From assembly GCA_040954595.2 (NCBI GenBank), contig CM082593.2:7414043-7478042 (forward strand): a DNA stretch of 64,000 bases, read 5' to 3'. This DNA comes from Balanoglossus misakiensis. Its lineage: Eukaryota; Animalia; Hemichordata. Shown here one piece after another: positions 38,101 to 50,300 of the stretch. The position numbers were made by a program, and so were the translations under genes. A model generated the notes under the pieces. The model was not told the origin of the DNA, did not search any database, and saw nothing but the letters and a program-made list of their open reading frames with translations. Every line of letters starts with the position of its first letter. The stretch's first letter is position 1.

Positions 38101-39808
38101 GCACAGAATCCAAAAGTTTACTTAGGAAGTATACATGTATCATTGTATGTACTACCCACAGATTTAAGTTTATGGATAGTACATGTACCAATACTTTTTC
38201 TGTGAAATTTTTACTCCATCCCAGTTGATGTACCAGTGCTGACTTGGTTTCAATTCTTTTTTCATTCATCTGCAGTCACTTCAACTGAGATGAAGTAAAA
38301 ATTTCACTTAAAAAGTACCGGTGCACTACCCACAAACTTAAATCTGTGGGTAGTACATATACTTCCGAAGTAAAATTTTAACTTCATCCCAGTTGATGTA
38401 CCAGTGCTGACCTGGTTTCAATTCTTGTTTTCATTCATCTGCAGTCACATCATGCTGTTCAAATCAGAGGTGGCCTCACTGATGCCCAAACTGGACGAAA
38501 TGTTACAGACACTCAGAAAGGCGAGCAGCGAACTGACCCAGTTGCACCAGCAGAGGCAGAAAGATATCTGGACGCTAGTCAGAGTGGCAGGGGTAAGTAG
38601 CCCTATTCTTAATTTTTTTATTTTTATTTATTATTTAAATCAGGATTTAAAATACATCCCATAGAACAGCTAAAATGTAGTCAGCATAACAGCAATGACA
38701 GAAATGACAGCAACAAAAAAACAACACAAGACAGACAAAAAACAGTAATAAAAATAAAAAGAACAATGATGAAAAATCAATCAAAAGCAGTAAAAAGACA
38801 ATAATAACCCTTTCACCCCCCCCCCCCCCAGTTCCCACTTTAGAGGTCCAACTGTTCCATTGAAGACAGTTGGTTTGGACTGAACCATGGTGGTGAAAGG
38901 GTTAACGCCCCGAACTTATAGTGGTCCATTTTAATGAGCTTACTCGTGTGTACCAACCTGTGATTGTTACATTTAAATATGATCAAGTTGCTGCCTCTGT
39001 TTATTCAGCCGCCCATTGCAAGAGTACATATGGGTATAAAAATCTCCACAAATTAAAATAAAGTTTTGCCCTGGTCTCCGATTCTGCATGTAATTAACGT
39101 GACCCACCTTTATTATTGAAAAGAGTAGTTTTGGACCAAACAATTAACACGGAAGGATTAAATTCTGATAAAAAAATGGATATTCATTTCATAGTCATCC
39201 ATGTTTGTTCCCATAGCGACAGAGAAACCCAGCTCCACAGGCACCCCAACCAGCAGGGAAGGGAAGGCAGACAGACCCTCAACCCTTGGAGGCAGCCGGA
39301 CCACTGACACTGTCAGTACACCCACACAGCGCGAGCATGTTACAGTCCATGATGTCGGAGAGCAATGGCGAGGATTCTCTGCTGGCCATCAATGAAAACG
39401 AAGCCATTACACTCACGTGAGTATGCCTGTAGCCGTTGCCAGGCAACAGAGAATTTTTTTAAAAATCTATGGAAATGAATTTTTTTTTTGTAATTTTCTT
39501 CATGTGAGAAAGCGTATACGGTTTACATGTAGGACCGTATAAAACCAAACAATTTTGTTTGCAGTGCTGGTTAATGATGTCGTAGATATGCAAATATCCT
39601 GTCCATTATCAAACCCAAAAGATGATGGGGTCAATGGAGGTCAAAGTTCAAGGGGTTACTAACAAGAACTTTGCATTCTTTCAACAGATTTCTTGAAGCA
39701 TTCAAGGGCCTGAAATCAGACACTAATGAAAGCCTAGCACTGACCAACGACATGGACTGGAGTTTTCTGAAAACGGGCAGCAGTAAAGCACGTCAAAGCA
39801 AAAGATGA
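29101..39808 (+). CDS. IKBKB: IkB kinase alpha/beta (IKK; CHUK/IKBKB pro-orthologue), complete, ~769 aa
   Basis: Twenty phase-consistent GT-AG exons: 29101-29211, 29816-30025, 30737-30895, 31430-31519, 31937-32061, 32418-32476, 32755-32803, 33126-33261, 33768-33965, 34468-34558, 35050-35173, 35365-35466, 36103-36152, 36292-36353, 36683-36804, 37394-37443, 37666-37768, 38445-38592, 39217-39416, 39688-39808 (2310 nt). Motifs: [42 protein letters not shown] and activation loop [27 protein letters not shown]. These are followed by a ubiquitin-like domain ([12 protein letters not shown]), a helical dimerisation domain (QRAAMMSLLR; ELQKSP; RQKDIW) and a NEMO-binding motif MDWSFL. Confidence 0.96.
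30517..30701. mobile_element. TTAA-flanked MITE with AGGTATAC TIRs, family B copy 1
   Basis: ttaa|aggtatacggtcacc...ggtgactgtatacct|ttaa. Further copies at 31636-31816 and 35733-35917, all in IKK introns. Confidence 0.85.
31636..31816. mobile_element. TTAA-flanked MITE, family B copy 2
   Basis: Near-identical to 30517-30701, with TTAA on both sides. Confidence 0.85.
33309..33486. mobile_element. TA-flanked CAGTC...GACTG MITE (Tc1/mariner-pogo-like), family C copy 1
   Basis: ta|cagtcgaacctgt...acaggtttgactg|ta with internal gtggccactatatagag subrepeats. Copies at 56176-56341 (inverted) and 56916-57100. Confidence 0.8.
33999..34346. mobile_element. ~350-bp foldback MITE, TTAA|AGGGAC termini (Kolobok/T2-like), family A copy 1
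   Basis: ttaa|agggacaaagtctctctctc ... gagagagactttgtccct|ttaa, almost fully palindromic. Copies at 50550-50891 and 55756-56104. Confidence 0.85.
35733..35917. mobile_element. TTAA-flanked MITE, family B copy 3
   Basis: Near-identical to 30517-30701. Confidence 0.85.
38110..38448. repeat. Inverted repeat plus direct duplication of an IKK 3' splice site
   Basis: catcccagttgatgtaccagtgctgac...ttcattcatctgcagtcac occurs at ~38217-38279 and ~38385-38448. The segment ~38113-38228 is inverted at ~38281-38376. Confidence 0.8.
38808..38901. mobile_element. ~90-bp piggyBac-like MITE (CCCT...AGGG|TTAA), family E copy 1
   Basis: taa|ccctttcacccc...ggtggtgaaaggg|ttaa. Copies at 53721-53805 and 59137-59222 (inverted). 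Confidence 0.75.
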
Positions 39809-41384
39809 ACCCCGCCCGCGGCCATAACGAGAAGAAAATGTTGACAGCAACAAATAAAAACTTTGCTCCTAGACCTCTTAAGGGAGGGTCTTCAGTCTTG
39901 CAACTTTGTAAATGTGTTGTACGCATCAGTACACATCAATGCACCGGTATTCTCCTCAAAGCCTGTTGATGTGCAAGTATACCCTGCATTGTTACTGTAA
40001 CCATAGTAACGTACGAATACTGAAAACAACCTGTTGCTATGACAACAGAAACTGATATACTCGCAACTATTGTGGATTGTTTGAGACTGTGCATCTGATA
40101 GCATTTCTACCGAGTCTATGTAACAGTGTCTATGGTGAGAATATATTCTCAACTGTGACCTGTCAAATGTGAATTTAGCATTGAGAATGGTCTGTACCAG
40201 AACCTTTTAAAGAAAAAAAGTTCACATCATTTGCGTGGCTGTAAGGATTTATTGAATCGCCTTACAATCGTGTATGGTAAAGGTCAGTCTTTATACTGAA
40301 TGTTCTTTGGAAAGAGAACGAGACATGAAGATTTCTTGTCAGAAAATTTTGCCTGTTTCATCAGTATAACTGTAATAAATAATATGGTTGTTCTCTTTTT
40401 TCTCTTTATGAATGGTATTCCTGGCATAACTTTATATTCTGCGGTAGTGCCTTCACTGTATATAATTATCAACTTTTGTCATGTTGCTACTTTCATGTCC
40501 CACTGCATTTGAATTTGCAAACATCACGTCTTCCATTTTATTTCACTGCAACGAGAATATGCTGCTCTTTTAACAAGAGAAATTAGTCACTTTTTTATGT
40601 TTGCTTAGACAGCGCGCAGGGTTGAAGTAACAAAAGTGAGAATGGAATGTAAACAAACAAACAACAACAAAACTGTAGGACTTTAATGATGTATACAGAT
40701 ATAAGAATGGAAAATTGAATTTTAATGTAAATTTCTGATGAGATGTGTAAACTTGGAGATGCAAGCAAGAGAAATGAAGCAGGTATGCTGTCTCTTTGCT
40801 TTCCCTGGGGTTGTTAAAAAGAATTCTGCATAAAAGTGTGAATAGTTATGTTATTTATTCGATGATAGTAAATGTTAGCCCTTTCTTTTTCCCTTATGCA
40901 AATTTGATTTTAAAAAGACAGCGTCTTTTTCCTCCTTTTTTCTTTTTCCTCCTTTTTATTGTGCAGTAAAACTTTTGCTAACAATGTACCTGGTTCAAGT
41001 TATAGCACATGTAAAAATTCTGTCTGAATGGACCACGCTTGAAACGTCCAGCATTTACATTCTGTGGTACAATGCATTGTGAATATTCCATGTGCCAGCA
41101 ACTGGTTGTAATAATTCATTTATGAATAAAACACCAGTAAATCCCGTAAAAGCGGTTGTCATTATTAATAGTAAAGGATGAGTTCACATAATAGTGACTT
41201 AGAATTACGAAACTGCTCGACTATGGCGACCATGGCGACAGTACGCCATGCATGGCGCCACCAAGTGACAGCGGATCTCCTCGGTGACCTCACATTGACC
41301 TTTCACCTCAATATATATGAAAACATGGCGGTGGAGAAACGCCTACCACTCTGAGTTTTCAAATTTTCGCTTATAGCATTCAAA

Positions 41385-44300
41385 ATGACTAATGCAGACC
41401 TAAAGATAAAGATTGAGGGGAGAGACCTGTACCCGGCCAAGACAGAAGGACATAGCAATGTTTTCTGCGACATGCCATTCACCTTGACTCGTGCGAGGTA
41501 AGTCGGGTCGTGTGGTGGAGTGACCGTGCCTTTAAATAGTACATATTGCGGCCAACCACGGTCGCAGTTCCGCCCATGACTTCCTCTGACCCTGGAAGTG
41601 GCTTGTTTTTCTGTACACTGAACAAGCGTTGGTTAAAATTTATCACTGTGACAATATATTATAAACATAATAAAAAAACCAGGATGCATTCATGATTGTT
41701 ATACTATAATTATAGTGAGACTTTGGGGACAGATTTTACTGTGCACTACTGTAGTGAGTGAGTGAGTGAGTGAGTGAGTGAGTGAGTGCTTTGGTAGGGA
41801 ATAAGTTAGCTGTGGTACGCAGCTGTACCGTTTGGGGGGGGGGGAGGTGATCAGCCCCCTCCCCCCCAACGGTACAACTGCGTGGTACAGCTGTGTACCA
41901 CAGCTAGGAATGGGTCAAATGTGCATTCATCAGACACAAAAGTCTTCGTTTCCTCTGCTGCCTGTAGGTGGATGGAAGACTTTGAGGCTGTGGCCTGCAA
42001 TGTCTGCAACCAGAAATTCAACCAGCTTCGTCGCAAGCACCACTGTCGCGTGTGCGGCCGAGTGGTCTGCAACAAATGCTGCAAAGAGAAAGTTCCACTG
42101 CCGCAGCTCGGCTACGCAGAACCTGAGAGGTCGTGCGAGGAGTGCAAGCCAATCACAGAGCTGATCACAAAGTCAAGGTCACCTCTTGTTGTGAGTTTCA
42201 AACCAAACAAATTCTGCTACCCATTAATATTACTGTATACTGGGTACTGCCCGAACAACACAACTGTACCATGTACTGTTTGCAGGCAAAAGTTCCGAAT
42301 TTGCTGTGAATAGTGTGACAGGCACATTGCTGAATATTTTGGTTGTATTTCCATGATCACAAGTAGAACATTAAAAATCGTTTGTCTATCCAAGCTTATA
42401 CGGTATCTTCAGAAAGTGAATTTTGGTGGGCCACGACTGTTCAAACTTCTCTGAAAACACCAAATGCTTGAATATTTCTGAGGGCAAGAGTTAGTGGTAG
42501 ATTCTTTACAAAGTGGGAGTAGCACTTTCATTAAACATAAATGAGATACTCCATACTCTACTTTATAGTCTGCCAAACTTTACTGCAGAACAAACACTAT
42601 GAGTTTGGCACGATTCCAAAAAGGTGAACTGCACATGAAGTAGACTGGTACTAACAATATTCTGGAGACTAACAGCTCAAATTCATGGATTGACAATCTT
42701 TTTCACAATTGCCTCAAGTAGGGGTGTCAGTGTTAAGTCAGTGCATTGTATTAGCTTAGAGATAGCATTGCTGTACGTAGGTCAACTATTTGGCCTGAAT
42801 GAGAACTGATCAGATCATAACACTTGTTCTGTGTCTACAGTCGTTTCAGCAAGAATCAGCCACTGGTCTTTACACAGAAATGCAAAATACAGCAGGCCTA
42901 GTGAAGATACTGCAGCTAGGTGGCCTACAGACGTTGGTGTATCTCTCCAGATCGGATCACAGCGAGATCAGAAAGGCCTGTGCAGCCGCCATCCAGATGT
43001 TCTCCACACACACTGCGTTACATTCCATTTTGAGTGAAGCCGGCGCAATCAAGGCTGTCTGCAGGTGGGTCTGGTCACTGGCAACTGTTAGGGTTATTTG
43101 CATTAAGTATGAATTTTTATCCAGGTAAAGTTTCATCTACTTCTGTTCCATGATTGAGGTCTGCAACAAATATCCCTATGCAATGGACGTTCAGGAAGTG
43201 GTACAGCGCCCCCACACGGTCAACTAACAGAAACACTTGTTTTTGTAAATGTGGAACAGGTTGGACAAGAGCCTGTTGGTATCATAGATAGGCAGTAAAT
43301 GTTGTCATTGCATTGACGTCCAATTTAAAGAAAAAAACTTTTGTCACAAAAATAATTTTATTTGTGACAGAAATGTTATATATCTATGGTAGATCCATTT
43401 GGATGTGTTTAGGTGTTTTTGTAATCATGATCAAAAGAAGATGGCAAATTAATTCTACATTCCTTGTTGTGTGGCATCTACAATTACCTATTTGATTTCT
43501 AACCAAAAAAAAGAGAGCGAGAGAGAGAGACAGAATCTGACTATCAAATTCTTTTCTTTTTTTCTTCAGTTTATTGCAAAAAGCTCATGGTAGTGAAGAA
43601 CAGACAATTATTAATGCAATCAGCTCACTGATGATTTTTTGCAAATCACCAGACTTGAAAATGCAAGGTGAGAGCGCCCTCTACTGCCAATCCATAAATT
43701 ATTTTGTTTTTGTATAACACAACGTAGACAGCACCCTCTACTTTGCTGCAACCACAGTTGTTAATGGGTCTGAATTATATGAACAGATAAGCAATTTGAA
43801 TAGGACTAAAGATTGCACGAAATAAAGTGCGTAACTGAGGAAATCATTTCTTGGCGAAGTTTGTGTATTATGAACCAAAGTTATGAATTTATCATAACAT
43901 GCTGTTATATTAAGCAAAAGCCCCATGAGCTGCCAATGTGTGCATATTTTCTTTTCAGAGATAAAATATTTTTATCTTCTCCCTATCATCAATTGCCATG
44001 ATATTACCTGTATTTGAATCGGTTTGTCATCTCTTAGCGATAGTTATGTACTCTTGCTATGGAGGTCGATAAAAAGGGTGTGGCATCTATTTATTATATA
44101 ACTTGTTCAAGTTGCAATGTACAGCGGAGCCACAATGAGATGTTGATTAAACGTCTATGTATACCTATCAGTAAGCTTATTTAGATGGACCAATCTAAGT
44201 TCGAAAGTAAAATCATGAAAATAATTTTAAAAAGTGGCAGATCATGGGGCTTTACATTTATCATCTGTAGGTACCAGCCCTGTGTTTATTATGATTCTGA

Positions 44301-47300
44301 TATTTGATTAGCTGTATCTTTTGTCTTGGTTCCATCAACAGCAATAGAAGATGGCGTTCTGCAGCCAGTGTTGCAACTGTGCAGCGCCAAAGAAGAGATA
44401 GCGTTACTGGCCATGATGACACTGAGTCTCATAGTGGAACATTACGGAACCCATCCAGCTATCATCGAGGTAGATTCTCAAAATGAATAATTCTTACCCC
44501 CTCCCCCGTCCCACTGTGCTTTGGTATGGTCCTGTTGTTTTTCTGTGGTGTGGGTGCAACCATGCTGTGATGTGGGGGTGATCTAGTAGAAGCATTACAG
44601 TTATACATAGTATTCTTTAGATGGGCGTGAGAGATTTACAACCCAGTTTACTGGAATTTTCAAAATGAACAGACTTTACGTTACTAGCAGAAAAAAATAT
44701 TATTTGTACCGTGGCACATTTTAATTCACAGTTTCACCTATTAAGTACTGTTACTACCAGTAATGGCTGTTTTTTTAAATACCAAACATACTTCAAAATC
44801 TGTTGTATCATTGAAATGGGGATGTAAATCGTGTATTTTAAACAATATTTACAAATTCTAGTAAACTTGGCACACTTTACCCACTTTTTATTTGGGGGGG
44901 GGGGGGAGGGGGTCCATTTTGTGTTTTGAAGAAAAAGCACTGGAATATTGGTCTGAACACATCTTGTTTGTGGTCTACATCACACAGACAGACAAGACAG
45001 ATTCTGTACACCTCAGTTTCCAGTTACGAAAGAGATTACCAGCCACAATCATATGGATTTCTGGATTTGCATTTCAAACATACGGTTATGTAAGAAAGTC
45101 CTTGCCCCAAGGCTGCTTTCTGAGAAACGGGCTATACCATTTTGTAAAGGTCTACGAACTGTCAATATGCAGCTTCTAGTGTGTGTTTTTTTTTTCAAAA
45201 ATATTTTTTTGTGAATTTCCATCAACCCATGATTTTACTTAATTAATATTTTGATGCTAATATAGTAGATTCATCTGGGTGGCATATTATTCACATACCA
45301 TGATAAATTCCCCTTTATTCCACGAACTTTGGTTTTATTCCTATTGTTTTTCTCATTTTTGGATTTCCCATGATCATAATTATAGGGATATAGTTTCTCT
45401 ATTTTGTCATTTCTTTATTTTAGAAAACCCATGTAGACAGAGAGATTCATGCTTATGGGTCTGTGTACAATAATATCTAAGTTAATTTAACCTCTAGGTA
45501 TGATTTTTCATCATCTCCATAATACCCCTTAAAAAGAGTGGACTAATCCATTTTGCAGTGTAGTGCCGCAAGTTATTCCAAACTGAATGAAAAAAACAGG
45601 GTTGGACTTACCTGTTGGAGTTATACTTGTTATGGGAATATTTAATTTTTGGCCATCGCCCCTGAAATTGGGTGGTATCACCCAGTTCAATGGAGCAACT
45701 CAAGGCTTGGAGCAAACCATTTCGCTCTTGAGTGGTGCAAGTGGAAATTAGGAGGGGTGGGACGATATGTCCTAAGCCAAGTGAGTTTTTTTCTCGCTGG
45801 TATTGCTAGATAGTGAAGGAAGCAACGAGGTTTGGATGGTTTTTTTTTTTTTTTTGAGAATCTCGCTCTTGATGGCTGTCCGAGACTCGCATCTATGGTC
45901 ACCCGGGTTGTGTGACCAGCCAAAGGGCATTCACACTGTCGGAGTAGCTAGAAAAAGGTCACCCGACCGGCAGCAAGGGCAGAAAAGGTCATTAGCTAGG
46001 TCAAAGCTCCGGGAAAAAGGGCATCGGCTTGCGGGAAGGGGGCATTGACCAGGAAAAGGAGCGTTGACACGCCGACCGGGGATGCGGAGGAAACGATTGA
46101 ACGTCCGTGTGGTGTCTGTGAATGACAAGTGTCGCATGTCATTTCTGGGTGTCAGTCTGTAATAAAGGTCAAAAACTATACAGATAAAAAAAACAACGAC
46201 CTCCCATGCAGAAATACCTTCCGATGTTCTCAGCTGGACTGTCCTCTTGGTGAATAAAAATAATTATGTTCGTGTCGTGGCGCGACGACATCCTGCTCAG
46301 GTAGAAGTCTCAATGACATATTTTCCCACAGACAGGCAGATTTTCGGTGTTGACCGAACGGGGCCGGATTGTGCCAAACAGACAGAATTTTCAAGTGAAA
46401 ATTTTTGACCGCCTTGGAATTTTCAATTAAAAAAAGAATTCTTTGGTACTTTTCACCTTGCCATTTCAATGATATTTTCCATGACTGTCTGACTTCAATG
46501 ATAAAAATATAAAAAACGTGAATTCAGCTGAGCAAGGCCTTGTTTTCCATATCAGTGGTATTTTCATACTCTATTAAGTATGGTTGACAGTATATATACA
46601 TTTCATACCACATCATACAGGAAAATGAGATATATTGTAAATCTTTGCTATTTTTTGTTGACTGTAACATGTTTTGCTGTTTTATTTTAAGTGGGAAATT
46701 TAACCTCATCCCTACCGTCATGATTGTCAAGAATTTTAATTACTACATGTACCAGCACATTTTGGTGTTAAGCTCCATGCTCTGTCTGGTCTGGAACATA
46801 GTATGTTAGTACTTCCACTCCAGAACTAATAAATAAAAAAACATGGCTGTTGGTTCACGCTTACAAACTGAAATAGGATTTTAGCGCAGACCAGTTCATG
46901 ACACACCCCCCTGATGTGGATGTAAAGTGGTACATCCCCATTGTCTTCAAAAGTCAGCCCGGACCTCAGCATGGTGAAGTGGGGTGGAAGGCTTGAAATA
47001 TCAAAGGGACTGAAAAAATTATTTATCAGGGAGCATTTACTCTGGAGCTGCTATGAAAATGGTCCTCTGGAAAAAAAACTTTGCGTACATAAAATGATAA
47101 AATGTGGGTTTTAATCGGACATTTGAAGCTGAAATGAAGATTAGTGGATAGGTTATTTTTAGCACCGATTCTTGGCTTGGTTTTTTTTTCTTCTAATTTT
47201 AACCATGGACAGCATTGATGTGCAGCGACCCACAACAATGCGCAATTGAAAGTTCTGTAGGGATAGTCAAAAGAAGGGATTTAGGCTTCTTGTACTTGCA

Positions 47301-50300
47301 GATTTGAGACGGTGATGTAAGGCTCATCAATAATGCATGATGTAATTCCCAAAGGAATGTCCCCCTGGAGCGCCGACGTTGATGTGAAGTCATTGATTGG
47401 AGAAAATGTCAGACTCCCATAAGGGGAGAAACAGTTGATTTCAAGGGGGGGGGGGATTTTTTTTTTTTGGGGGGGGGGGGGGCATTGTCGGCAGATAGTG
47501 CCGAGAGGAAAACATTTCATTTGCAACGCCTTGAGAAGAAAAGTAGTACTGGTAATAGAAAAACAAATTCGCTGTAAATGTGAGTGGCTGAAAAAATAAA
47601 TTATTGATACCCAAAACCTCCATCCCCCCCTCCCAGAAATCAAACGGTTCTCCCTTGAACACTACCAGTTTATTCCACCATAGACCCTAGGGTCTATGAT
47701 TCCACCCGTTATTTAACACCCGAATTAACCGGACCTAAATCGATTGAGGAAATCAGTTTGGGGTTTGGAGAATCCCTGAACTGGGATTTTGGCTTTCCAA
47801 ATGCAGCACCTGTAGTCACAAAGAGACTACATTGGCAAGAAAAAAGAGGGGGGGGGTGTAGTCTGCCATCTTCCATCAGAATGATTTACTTGTGAGTCAG
47901 CCAGTGACCCTCCTAGGGGGGAGGAACCTGTATTTCAAATGTCCTTGTGGTTCCAGTGTATCACTGCATTGTTTGTTGCCTTATGTAATTGACTAATTTG
48001 CAAGTTGATTTGCATTCTTATCAGTGTGTCATTACAAGTAGGCCGGTCGTTGCATGCATCCTTGGGTCAACGACCAAGCGTTCATCCGGGCAACAGTCTA
48101 AGAGGGAGGACATTGCACCCCTAGCCAGAGTTCCTCACCCTTCACCCTCTCTTCAGGATATGACATACCTGTTAGATAGTGGAATGTTCCAAAAAAATTG
48201 TTCAATTTCCCAAAGTGTGTGATTTCTATATTCGACACCATTGTCGTCACTGTTGAAATGGTGTGTATAGTTAGACCCCATCATCAGCATAATAAAATAC
48301 TAGTAACAAGCTTAGCTGTTCACAGTTTTCTCAGCACTTCAATAATTTTTAAAATAAAATTTGAGGGTTTAAAATAAATCAGAAAGAGCCAGAAATTTTA
48401 AACTTTTGACAGTGTTTTTTTTTGACAGTGTAATTTGTTTTCACTAAACATAGTGCACTGTGGGCAGTTGCAATGCTGAAGTATGTGATTACCAATAATC
48501 CAGAAAACATTATCCGAAGTTGCAGCTGCTTAGTCCCTGGGACGAGTAAAAGTGCTTCGTAGGTTGGTGTTGATCGAGCCAGTGATGCAAAGTTGCCGTG
48601 GTCAAATGCCTCACTCAGTGATAGACTTACAAGGAAGGCATGTCTTGCAGACATGAATTGCGTGTCGAAAGGGCGTGTTTGTGAAATGTCTAAAACAGAC
48701 AATACAAAACTTTTGATCCATCATAGTTTAATAAATCTATATGCTGTTCTCTATTTTTTTTTCTCTGTAGAATGACAGAAATGCACTTCCAAGAATTCTC
48801 GATCTGACGACTTCTTCTGACGAACAGGTTAGTGTATAATCTAAGATTGCTTTACATCCCCACACATACCCCCACCCACACCCCACAACATGCACCCCAC
48901 CCAATCTGTAAAACCACTGAATAGATGTATTGTGGAAGCGTGAATCACAATCTGACTCAACTGGAAGATTCCAATTTACGATAGGTATGTTATGTTTGCA
49001 AAACATGGATTTCGTAACTTTGGAGTAGGGGGAAGTGCTACAGCTCGTGAATGGGCTATTCCATTAGAACGGGGGTGGGTGCAGCTGATGGTGTGAATGG
49101 ACTGTTCCACTGCAGAGGTACAACAGTGCCAGCTTGATTGCGTGCCAAGCTCTCGGATGTCATTGAACTTTGATTGTCTTTTCGGGGTCAATCAGCGTGT
49201 TTTTCTCAAACGACTATGTGTCTGTGAACGGTAAACAGCTATAGAGCACTAATTGACGCACATCGCGCACAAAATTGCTCTGACGTCAACTTGTCCATTT
49301 GTATCTTCTGACCTACCGCAGTGCTATAAGTATTCTGACTGCTGTTGAGTCCGTGCATTCTCAATAATGTTTGAATAGTATTTAAACTTTTTGCTGTGCT
49401 TTCTTAGAGGGCTATCATCAGAATTCAAAGAAAAAAAACAATATTTGTCTCCAATATGTTTGGTTTGGAGAGTGCCAAACAAGCATGTACTCTTGTCTAT
49501 GACTAACAGCTTATATGCTTTTTGCCACACCAGTCTCCATACATGTATGCATCATCTTAGCCTAGTCCTAGCCGTATTTTGACCGCTTTGTTTTGGAAGC
49601 AAAGTGGACGAAATACGGATAGGACTAGGCTAGCATCATCTTGATGGTGTCAAATCAGAATACATTTTGTCAAAGCGCAGAAAAAGCTGAGTACAGACTG
49701 GGCCTGTAGAAGTACATTGTTCAATAAGGGTTTTTATTTCTGGCCGCACGCCCATGCCAGTACGCACCTCACAGATCGGTACAAACCGTACATACTTATA
49801 TTAAGCATAATCCGTACTTATAAAATTTTCCAATGTTCATCCTAAGCCGATCATAATTACGAGAGTTTGGTCAGGGTCCATGGGTTTTTCAATGGCACAG
49901 GAACGTTTAGACCTGTGCACTTTTTAATGGGGGTGATTCAGATTTTGATAATGGTACATTAAAAGTATAGCATTGGACCCGACCTTCAGACATACACATC
50001 CCCCAATTAACAAAGAGAAACAACAGACATCTCTGGAATTGTACGTATTGGGTGACACTCACTGAGATGATTTTTTACTAAAAGTTTACACGATGTCTGT
50101 AAACTACCTGTGTGATAGCAGATATGTCGCAATGTGATAGTTTGATGGCGATACGTGCGTCTCGTGTTAAGACACCTAGGAAGTGACTTAAATTCTGTTT
50201 GTTCAGATTACAATGGTATTCTCAGCGGACTATCTCAATTCCACTGTAGTTCTAGGTCACTTTGTATCCAGTGCGTTCTGAATGATCCATTGTCACTGTC

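Noticed and set aside
41325-41354. Upstream ATG (aacATGgcgg) as the FYVE-ARM start
   Set aside because: An in-frame TGA at 41352-41354 closes it. It is a short uORF or YY1-like promoter motif, and ATG 41385 opens the spliced frame.
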